DNA of 32,000 nt from the NCBI GenBank assembly GCA_038046385.1, contig JBBSWH010000005.1, positions 468 to 32,467 on the forward strand. The letters run 5' to 3'. How positions within the stretch are numbered: the first letter of the stretch is position 1; each line of letters begins with the position of its first letter. The notes below the pieces were generated by a model that searched no databases, was not told where the DNA came from, and was given only the letters and a program-made list of their open reading frames with translations. Positions 7,367 to 14,415 of this stretch are shown piece after piece. A program made the position numbers and the translations under genes. This DNA is from Nanobdellota archaeon (GTDB lineage: Archaea; Nanobdellota; Nanobdellia; Woesearchaeales; GW2011-AR4).

Positions 7367-8041
7367 ATGGAAGAAGACACGTTTCGGATAAAAAAATCAT
7401 ATGCTTATGCAACGCTTGGGGTATTGCTGGCATTCGGATTTTTTATGTATTCGCTTGTGCTTAACAATAATAACATTTCTGCAACGCAAGGAACAAGGAT
7501 GATGAATGGCGATGCTAACACTGATTCGATGGCTGATCATCATAAGCCTGTTCAGGGAAAATCAAGCGGTTTTTTTGAGAGTGCAGTAGGAAAGCAGGCT
7601 CCTGAATTTGAACTGCAGGGCATTGAAGGAGCTGCTGTCAAATTAAGCGATTATAAAGGAAAAAATGTGATTTTGTTTTTCAGCGAAGGCAGCATGTGCT
7701 ATCCTTCGTGCTGGAATCAGATTGCAGCGCTTTCAAAGGATGAAAGATTAAATTCAGATGGCACAGTTGCACTGTCAATTGTTGTTGATTCGCCGGCGCA
7801 ATGGCAAAAAATAATGCAGAAAGCGCCTCAAATGGCAGAATCAAATATTCTTTTTGACACGGCCAAAAAAGCCTCATCGGATTATGATGTTATTTTCCTT
7901 GCATCTTCGATGCACAAGGGCTCTTATCCCGGGCACACTTATTTCATAATTGACGGGGAAGGAATAATACGATACACAAAAGATGATCCGTCAATGGCAA
8001 TAAGAAATGATGAGCTTGCTGCAGAATTGGCAAAACTTTGA
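7367..8041 (+). CDS. membrane-anchored AhpC/TSA (BCP/Prx-like) redoxin with Cx3C
   Basis: N-terminal TM anchor. APEFELQGIEGAAVKLSDYKGKNVILFFSEGSMCYPSCWNQIAAL resembles the Prx/BCP active-site region. Confidence 0.65.
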   Translation: MEEDTFRIKKSYAYATLGVLLAFGFFMYSLVLNNNNISATQGTRMMNGDANTDSMADHHKPVQGKSSGFFESAVGKQAPEFELQGIEGAAVKLSDYKGKNVILFFSEGSMCYPSCWNQIAALSKDERLNSDGTVALSIVVDSPAQWQKIMQKAPQMAESNILFDTAKKASSDYDVIFLASSMHKGSYPGHTYFIIDGEGIIRYTKDDPSMAIRNDELAAELAKL

Positions 8042-8050
8042 GGCTAATAA

Positions 8051-8911
8051 ATGGAACCGACATTCATAATAGCATCTTTTATCACAGCATTTGTTGCAGG
8101 AATAGCAGCATTGCTGGCTCCATGCTGCATAACTGTCCTGTTGCCAACTTACCTTAGCTCAATTTTCAGGCAGAAAAGAACCGTTGTTGCAATGACACTT
8201 GTTTTCTTTTTGGGACTGCTTGCCGTGTTTCTTCCGCTTGGGCTTGGATTTGCAAGCATCGGGACTTTGTTCAGCAAGAGCCATGACTGGCTTTTCATAG
8301 TTGGAGGAATTTTCCTATTAATGCTTGGAGCATCCATATTGCTGGGATTGCATTTTTCTTTATCATTTACAAAGCATCCGAAAACAAAAATAACAGGCGC
8401 GGTGTCTGTTTTCATTCTTGGAATATTTTCTGCTTTTGCAACGCTTTGCTGCGCCCCGGTTCTTGCAGGGGTCATGGCATTGTCTATACTGCCAGGCTCA
8501 ATTTTCTGGGGAGGTATGTACGCTCTTGCCTATGTTATCGGAATGATTACACCTTTGCTGCTGATAGCAGCATTCCTTGACAAATTTGATTTTACAAAGA
8601 AATTTGAGAAGCTAAGCCAAGGCGTGAATTACAGGATTGCCGGAAGAGAAGTCACAATAACAATTGCTGAAATGATTTCAGGAACGATGTTTTTATTGCT
8701 TGGAATCTTCATAATCTATCTTGCGCAGGCCGGCAAGCTTGCAATGGAAAACAGCGCTATGCAGACTTCCATAAATATTTTCATGAGCAATTTGACAGCA
8801 TCTATTAACAAATTCATTGCAGGAATGCCAACTATAGCCTGGATAGCCATTGCTGCCTTGCCGATTGCTGTGTTTTTGCTAAGAAAATTGAAAAGGAAAA
8901 CTTCAAAATGA
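8051..8911 (+). CDS. CcdA/DsbD-family thiol-disulfide transmembrane electron transporter-like protein
   Basis: About 6-8 TM segments. LLAPCCITVLLP in TM1 and ATLCCAPVLAG in a later TM give the two-repeat architecture of the DsbD/CcdA superfamily, but with vicinal Cys pairs. Confidence 0.65.
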   Translation: MEPTFIIASFITAFVAGIAALLAPCCITVLLPTYLSSIFRQKRTVVAMTLVFFLGLLAVFLPLGLGFASIGTLFSKSHDWLFIVGGIFLLMLGASILLGLHFSLSFTKHPKTKITGAVSVFILGIFSAFATLCCAPVLAGVMALSILPGSIFWGGMYALAYVIGMITPLLLIAAFLDKFDFTKKFEKLSQGVNYRIAGREVTITIAEMISGTMFLLLGIFIIYLAQAGKLAMENSAMQTSINIFMSNLTASINKFIAGMPTIAWIAIAALPIAVFLLRKLKRKTSK

Positions 8912-9672
8912 TTCCTTACAAGATAATTCCACCTTTGCAGATAGGTCCTTTTCATGTCAACATGTACGGGATTATGTTTGCGCTTGGAGCCTTCATTGCA
9001 ATCAAGATTGCTGCGAAGGAAGCCAGAAAAAGAAATGCAAAAGAAGATGTGATTCATGATATTGCTTTGTACCTTCTCTTTGGCGGCATTATAGGAGCAA
9101 GGCTTTTTTACGTTTTATTTTACTGGCCTAATGACGTGTCTTTTGATTTTTTCGATATTTTCAAAATATGGGAAGGTGGGCTTGCATTCTTTGGAGGGAT
9201 TATTGGAGCGATCATCGTAGGATACTACTACCTCAGAAAGCGCAATCTTAGTTTCTGGGCTTATGCGGACATTTTTACAATTCCCCTAATTATTGGCCAT
9301 ATATTTGGAAGAGCAGGGGATTACCTTACAGGAGGCCACCCAGGAAAAATAACTAATTTGCCTTGGGCAATATACATGGATAATGCTTTAAGGCACCCGG
9401 TTGTTCTGTATGAGATAATTGGCCTTTTTGCAATCCTTGGAATAATCTATCTATTAAAGAAAAAAAGCCATTTTGATGGATTCTTGTTTTGGCCATATAT
9501 AACCTTGTATTCAATCCAAAGATTGTTTTTGGATATTTTCAGGGCAGAGTCTACGGACCCAAAATTTTTGGGATTAACTCCGTCTCAATATATCGCCCTG
9601 ATTATTGTTGCTGTTAGCTTGTATGCGATAGCACGATTTAAATATAAAAAAATTCAAACGGAGGCGGTATAA
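8908..9672 (+). CDS. Lgt-family paralog with diverged catalytic signature
   Basis: ATGA overlap with the CcdA-like gene. Lgt-like features are GPFHVNMYGIMFALGAF, GGIIGARLFYVLFYW and WEGGLAFFGGIIGA. The signature reads GRAGDYLTGGHPG instead of GRxGNFxNxExxG, and HGG is replaced by FGG. Confidence 0.7.
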   Translation: MIPYKIIPPLQIGPFHVNMYGIMFALGAFIAIKIAAKEARKRNAKEDVIHDIALYLLFGGIIGARLFYVLFYWPNDVSFDFFDIFKIWEGGLAFFGGIIGAIIVGYYYLRKRNLSFWAYADIFTIPLIIGHIFGRAGDYLTGGHPGKITNLPWAIYMDNALRHPVVLYEIIGLFAILGIIYLLKKKSHFDGFLFWPYITLYSIQRLFLDIFRAESTDPKFLGLTPSQYIALIIVAVSLYAIARFKYKKIQTEAV

Positions 9673-9882
9673 ATGAAAAAAACAGTTTTGTTGATTGCAA
9701 TATTGGCTATTAGCGTTTTTTTGGCAGGATGCGCATCCAAACAAGGGAGTTATAATAATTATAATCAGCAAGCGCAAGGCCAGCAGGGCCAATATGTCGG
9801 CGGTGGATGTGGGGTTGCTCCAATGGCAGATTATGAAAGCACGCCTGTAGCAGATTTCAATAATGTGGATGCTAACTTGTAA
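9673..9882 (+). CDS. small lipoprotein (lipobox LAGC), Gln/Asn-rich
   Basis: MKKTVLLIAILAISVFLAGCASKQG. The ATG directly abuts the stop of the Lgt paralog. Confidence 0.6.
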   Translation: MKKTVLLIAILAISVFLAGCASKQGSYNNYNQQAQGQQGQYVGGGCGVAPMADYESTPVADFNNVDANL

Positions 9883-9890
9883 GATTAAAA

Positions 9891-10349
9891 ATGGAACTCT
9901 CAAAAAGAGAAAAACGAAAGCTTAAGCTAGAGGGGCTAAGGCAGGAAAGCCACAAAGCACAACAGGAATTTGAGCAAAGAACTGAAAAGCAAAAACAATT
10001 TGAGCCAGAACAGAAAAAATCCAAATGGAAAATCTATGGTGCAATTGCAATAGCTATTATTATTGTGCTGATATCCTTTTCTGCTTATTCTGCAGCAAAA
10101 CCCGGGCGTTATGATAATTTTGCAAGGTGCCTTACTTCCAAAGGGGCTGTTGTTTATGGGGCAATAGACTGGTGCAAATACACACAGGCGCAAAGAGCGA
10201 TGTTTGGAAATTCTTGGAAATATTTAAATTATCAGGATTTTACAAAATTGCAGGGAATACGAAAAACACCAACGTGGGTTATAGGCGGCAAATGGTACGA
10301 AAACGTGCAGACGTTTGATAGATTGTCTGAATTAACCGGATGCAGATAA
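9891..10349 (+). CDS. membrane-anchored thioredoxin-like domain of the type fused to VKOR, with CxxT instead of CxxC
   Basis: Charged N-terminus plus a TM segment. FARCLTSKGAVVYGAIDWCKYTQAQRAMFG...KTPTWVIGGKWYENVQTFDRLSELTGC parallels the YGAxWCPHCxxQKxxFG...YPTWxI.G pattern. Confidence 0.6.
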   Translation: MELSKREKRKLKLEGLRQESHKAQQEFEQRTEKQKQFEPEQKKSKWKIYGAIAIAIIIVLISFSAYSAAKPGRYDNFARCLTSKGAVVYGAIDWCKYTQAQRAMFGNSWKYLNYQDFTKLQGIRKTPTWVIGGKWYENVQTFDRLSELTGCR

Positions 10350-10403
10350 ATAATTGAAAAGGATATCAAGAAAAAGATAAAAAAAGCTGTTGATTTTATC
10401 TAA

Positions 10404-10823
10404 ATGAATATGAAAAACCTCAAGGAAAAAATCATTGGAGCAACTGGAAGCGTTTCAGGCGCCGCAAGCGTGCTTGGATCGTGGCAGATATGCCACAGCG
10501 TGTGCCTTGGAATAATTGCGCTTCTTGGCCTTATAGGAATAACAATAATCGGCATGCCGCTTGAGTTTCTCACAAGGATTGCTATTCCGATGTGGACAAT
10601 AGCAGTTTTGCTCCTTATAACTACATTTATCCTTTACAAAACCAAAAAATGCATTTCAAAAAATATGGTGATAATGAATACAGGAATAATAATTGCAGGA
10701 ACGCCATTTGCTCAAGTACAGCAATTCTCTATATTCTTTTGGTTTTTTGGGGGGCTGATAGCTGCTTATGGAATATTTTTAATGATAAAAGAAAGAAGAG
10801 AAATGAAATGTCATGAAAACTGA
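10404..10823 (+). CDS. 4-TM membrane protein with intramembrane Cx3C (ICHSVC); distant relative of the 4155 and 15726 products
   Basis: GSVSGAASVLGSWQICHSVCLGIIALLGLIGITIIGMPLEFL has the same layout: a Gly/Ser turn, a Cys pair, a TM helix, then P-x-E. Confidence 0.6.
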   Translation: MNMKNLKEKIIGATGSVSGAASVLGSWQICHSVCLGIIALLGLIGITIIGMPLEFLTRIAIPMWTIAVLLLITTFILYKTKKCISKNMVIMNTGIIIAGTPFAQVQQFSIFFWFFGGLIAAYGIFLMIKERREMKCHEN

Positions 10824-11259
10824 CTATTTAATTTATGGATTACTGATAGCGGTGATTGCAATTGCAGCATACACTTTTGCAGGAATGGTTGATAATCAGC
10901 CGGCAGCTGCACCCAACATCCAAAATAATGCCCAAGGATTCGGGTTGATATCCACCGGCGGCACGGATGATGGAAATGTTCAGGTTGATTTAACGCCAAA
11001 AGGGATTGTTAATGGGCAATTTCTTGTTGATTTTGCGATTAACACGCATTCTGTTGACTTAAGCCAGCTTGACCTGAAAAAAATAACAACGCTGGAATAC
11101 AGCGGGAAAAAAATCCAGCCATTGTCTGCCCCTGCATTAAGCGGGCATCACAACTCAGGCATAATTGCTTTTAACAGCGTTTCTGATTTAAAAAATTTCA
11201 AGATAACAATTGTTGGAATCCCCAACATTGAAGAAAGAGTTTTTGAGTGGAAATCCTAA
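10813..11259 (+). CDS. membrane-anchored exported protein with a GHH motif, unknown function
   Basis: 11-nt overlap with the previous gene. N-terminal TM anchor, then a beta-rich region: VDLTPKGIVNGQFLVDFAINTHSVDL...LSAPALSGHHNSGIIAF. Confidence 0.55.
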   Translation: MKTDYLIYGLLIAVIAIAAYTFAGMVDNQPAAAPNIQNNAQGFGLISTGGTDDGNVQVDLTPKGIVNGQFLVDFAINTHSVDLSQLDLKKITTLEYSGKKIQPLSAPALSGHHNSGIIAFNSVSDLKNFKITIVGIPNIEERVFEWKS

Positions 11260-11261
11260 AA

Positions 11262-12836
11262 ATGAGGAATATAAATTTAAATCATAAAATTGCAGTAATT
11301 ATGATAGTTTCTCTGCTCATAATATTGACCGCCTGCAGCCAGACTGATGATTCAATGCCTAATCATATGATGCCTATAAAAGAGATTTCTGAAGTGAAGC
11401 CGATTGGCAGAAGCGTTTCCGGGCTGGGAGAAGCAGAGCAATCAAGAATTGTTGAGTTAAAGGATAATCAAGCGTTTCAAATGGAAGCTAAGCCTATTGC
11501 CAAAGACATAAATGGCAATAAAATAATGATGTATGCTTACAATGGCCAGATGCCTGGCCCTTTGATAAAAGCAAAACAGGGCAGCTTAATTTATGTTAAT
11601 TTTACAAACAACATCGATATGGAAACAACAATCCATTGGCACGGAATAAGGTTAGATAACAAATTTGACGGTGTTGATGGGGCAAGCCAGAAGCCTGTGA
11701 AGCCAGGGGAAAGCTTTCTTTATGAAATCAGGCTTCCAGACGAAGGAATTTACTGGTATCATCCGCACATAAGGGAAGATTTGCAACAGGAACTTGGTTT
11801 GTATGGCAATATCTTAGTTGAGCCAAAAGACAAGGATTATTTCAATAAAGTGGATAATGAAATTGCTTTATTTTTGGATGACATAAAAATGAATGGCAAT
11901 GATATCGAGCCATTCAACAGCCAGTTTGCAACATTCACAATAATGGGCAGGTTTGGAAATGTGATGCTTGTGAATGGGGAAACGTACTATAGATTAAATG
12001 CAAATAAAGGAGAATCTGTAAGATTTTATTTGACTAATTCTGCAAACATAAGGACATTTAATTTTATGATTGGAGATCATAAGCTGAAGGTTGTAGGAAG
12101 CGATTCTGGCAAATATGAAAAAGAATCTATTGCCAACTCCATTATAATCTCTCCAGGTGAAAGATATACTGCAGAAGTTCTTTTTGACAAAGCAGGAATT
12201 TTCAAAATTATCCATAGAACTCCCAATAAAGACTACATTCTTGGAGAGGTTATTGTCAACGAAGCTTCTGGAAGTGTTAATGATGAATTTTATGAATTAA
12301 AGGAAAATGAAGAGATTAAGAGCTCAATAGCGCCCTTTAGAAGATATTTTTCTTCTGAGCCAGATTATATTTTCAATCTAGAAATAAATCAAGAATCTAT
12401 GGGGAAGATGGAAAGCAGAGCCAGCAATGAAGGCATAGAATGGGAAGACACGGGGCATGATGAAATGATGAATTCCATGTCGACAGCCAACAATGTAAGA
12501 TGGATGATTGTTGATGCTTTGACCGGCAAGGCAAATATGGACAATAATTACAAAGTTAAAGCTGGAGACATCAAAAAAATAAGATTTGTTAACGACAAAG
12601 ATTCCATGCACCCGATGCAACATCCAATGCATTTGCACGGGCAAAAGTTCCTTGTTTTAAGTGTTGACGGAGTTGAAAATGAAAATTTAGGATGGAAAGA
12701 CACTGTCCTTGTCCCTACGGGAAAAAATGTGGATATACTTATTGAGTTTTCAAACCCTGGAGAATGGATGCTCCACTGCCATATTGCAGAGCATCTTGAA
12801 GCCGGAATGGCAACAATGTTCACGGTCTCACAATAA
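11262..12836 (+). CDS. multicopper oxidase (laccase/CueO-like), lipoprotein
   Basis: All four MCO copper motifs are present: TIHWHGI, YWYHPHI, HPMHLHG and HCHIAEHLEAGM. Lipobox ILTAC. The track start at 11247 is a GTG inside the previous gene, and the first ATG is at 11262. Confidence 0.9.
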   Translation: MRNINLNHKIAVIMIVSLLIILTACSQTDDSMPNHMMPIKEISEVKPIGRSVSGLGEAEQSRIVELKDNQAFQMEAKPIAKDINGNKIMMYAYNGQMPGPLIKAKQGSLIYVNFTNNIDMETTIHWHGIRLDNKFDGVDGASQKPVKPGESFLYEIRLPDEGIYWYHPHIREDLQQELGLYGNILVEPKDKDYFNKVDNEIALFLDDIKMNGNDIEPFNSQFATFTIMGRFGNVMLVNGETYYRLNANKGESVRFYLTNSANIRTFNFMIGDHKLKVVGSDSGKYEKESIANSIIISPGERYTAEVLFDKAGIFKIIHRTPNKDYILGEVIVNEASGSVNDEFYELKENEEIKSSIAPFRRYFSSEPDYIFNLEINQESMGKMESRASNEGIEWEDTGHDEMMNSMSTANNVRWMIVDALTGKANMDNNYKVKAGDIKKIRFVNDKDSMHPMQHPMHLHGQKFLVLSVDGVENENLGWKDTVLVPTGKNVDILIEFSNPGEWMLHCHIAEHLEAGMATMFTVSQ

Positions 12837-12850
12837 TGGAGGTAATAAAA

Positions 12851-13051
12851 ATGAAACAAAATTTAGGTACAGTTGACAGAGTTTTGAGATTTGGATTGGC
12901 TTTTTGGTGGCTAGGGCCTTGGGCTCCGCAATACAGCGTTGAGTGGGTTAATTGGATAATTTTCCTTGTTGGCTGGATTGCGTTAATTGAAAGCTTTTTG
13001 GGATTTTGCTGGCTGCATAACATGTTTGGAATAAATAATATAAATCAATGA
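12851..13051 (+). CDS. DUF2892 (YgaP-like) small membrane protein
   Basis: GGAGGT (12838-12843) lies 7 nt before the ATG at 12851. MKQNLGTVDRVLRFGLAF...LIESFLGFCWLHNMFGIN fits the G-x-x-D-R-x-x-R ... G-x-C pattern. An alternative ATG at 12836 overlaps the MCO stop. Confidence 0.6.
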   Translation: MKQNLGTVDRVLRFGLAFWWLGPWAPQYSVEWVNWIIFLVGWIALIESFLGFCWLHNMFGINNINQ

Positions 13052-13122
13052 TAGAATTTTTGTAAGCTATGGAGATGAAGCATACCAACAACTAATAAAG
13101 CAAAGAACATCCATGACAGACT

Positions 13123-13713
13123 ATGCCAAAAATCACTAGAAAGTTGAATGCGGGCTATTTTTTGGCAGCAATTATCACATTGATATTGGCTTTTGTCATC
13201 TATGAATTTTCAAGCAATGGCAAACTTGAAGAAAAATCAACAACAGTTTATCAAAACCTGAATCAGGTGCAAGTTATCGGCACCAGAGTTGGCCAAGCCC
13301 CTTCGGATTTTGTTGCAATAACTACAGAAGGAAATCCAGTAAGGCTATATGATTTCATTGAGCAGAAAAAGCCAGTTATTGTATATTTTATGGCAACTTG
13401 GTGCCCATGGTGCGCAAAGGACTATGCCGCATTATCAAAAGTATACAAGAAATATGAAGATAATATAACTTTTATATCAATAAGCCTTGATTTGAGTGAA
13501 GATTTCCTTGAACTTAGGGAATATAAGAAAAAATACCCGGAACTGCAAAAAACAATATTTGCCCAGGGGCAGGAAAGAATACTTATTGATTATAGAATAA
13601 CAAAAACAACAACAAAATATGCAATAGGCAGTAATGGAACCATAGCATACTTCGCAATTGGCGCATTTGATGAAAAAGAATGGGAAATTTTGTTGAATAA
13701 ACTTAGCAGTTAG
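13123..13713 (+). CDS. membrane-anchored TlpA/ResA-like thiol-disulfide oxidoreductase
   Basis: TM anchor, then PVIVYFMATWCPWCAKDY (WCxxC) in a redoxin-fold context. Confidence 0.8.
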   Translation: MPKITRKLNAGYFLAAIITLILAFVIYEFSSNGKLEEKSTTVYQNLNQVQVIGTRVGQAPSDFVAITTEGNPVRLYDFIEQKKPVIVYFMATWCPWCAKDYAALSKVYKKYEDNITFISISLDLSEDFLELREYKKKYPELQKTIFAQGQERILIDYRITKTTTKYAIGSNGTIAYFAIGAFDEKEWEILLNKLSS

Positions 13714-13863
13714 GATAAAAATAACATTTGTATTCTTATGATTGTGTGCCTACTTGTGGAGCCCACTAAAGAAGCAAAGCTGATAATCTGCCACAATGCT
13801 TCACAACCCATTAAATCAGAAACTATGGCTGCACCTACAGTTTTCTTGGAACTAAGCAAAAGC

Positions 13864-13898
13864 TTTAAATATATGTTATTAATAACATATGTTATTAA
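13864..13898 (+). promoter_or_regulatory. TATA box plus a perfect 20-bp palindromic operator upstream of the ArsR-family gene
   Basis: TTTAAATA at 13864-13871. ATATGTTATTAATAACATAT at 13871-13890 is a perfect palindrome. ATATGTTATTAA recurs directly at 13887-13898. The ATG is at 13905. Confidence 0.6.
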
Positions 13899-13904
13899 AG
13901 CAAA

Positions 13905-14207
13905 ATGAAAACTCAATTAAGGCAGCCATACAGAACGTTTTTTGGGACGCTGGACAACCAGCACAGGATAGACATAATAGAGGCGCTCAGCAAAGAGGTA
14001 ATGAATGTTTCAAGCATTTGCAAAAAGACAGGATATGAGCAGTCCACAGTATCACACAGCCTCCAAAGGCTTGAGCACTGCGGATTTGTTTCTGTAAAGC
14101 AGAAAGGCAAGGAAAGAATATACACACTAAATAAGGATACTATCAAGCCGCTGATTAAGCTTATGAACAAGCACATTAAAAACCACTGCAGCAGGATATG
14201 CCATTAA
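13905..14207 (+). CDS. ArsR/SmtB-family metalloregulator
   Basis: RIDIIEALSKEVMNVSSICKKTGYEQSTVSHSLQRLEHCGFVSVKQKGKERIYTLN is a wHTH of ArsR type. C-terminal Cys/His cluster HIKNHCSRICH. Confidence 0.8.
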   Translation: MKTQLRQPYRTFFGTLDNQHRIDIIEALSKEVMNVSSICKKTGYEQSTVSHSLQRLEHCGFVSVKQKGKERIYTLNKDTIKPLIKLMNKHIKNHCSRICH

Positions 14208-14208
14208 A

Positions 14209-14415
14209 ATGACAAAATACAATATTTCAATACAGGGAATGCACTGCAAGAGCTGCAAAATGCTTGTAGATGACATTTTGTGCGATTCTGGCGCAAAATC
14301 AATAAAAATAGAAGTTGATGATAAGAAAAAAATTGGAAAAGCCTCCTTTGAATTTTCGGGGAATTTTAATGAGCTTAAAAAAGAAATAGAAAGCAACGGA
14401 TATAAGGTGAAGTAA
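14209..14415 (+). CDS. copZ: heavy-metal-associated (HMA) copper chaperone, CopZ-like
   Basis: 68 aa. ISIQGMHCKSCK contains the MxCxxC motif. Confidence 0.8.
   Translation: MTKYNISIQGMHCKSCKMLVDDILCDSGAKSIKIEVDDKKKIGKASFEFSGNFNELKKEIESNGYKVK

Noticed and set aside
13710-13916. 68-aa minus-strand ORF, and a 56-aa plus-strand ORF (13738-13908), in the 190-nt gap upstream of the ArsR gene.
   Set aside because: They overlap each other and cover the TATA box and palindromic operator. Neither has an RBS or a recognisable motif. The region is more plausibly regulatory and non-coding.
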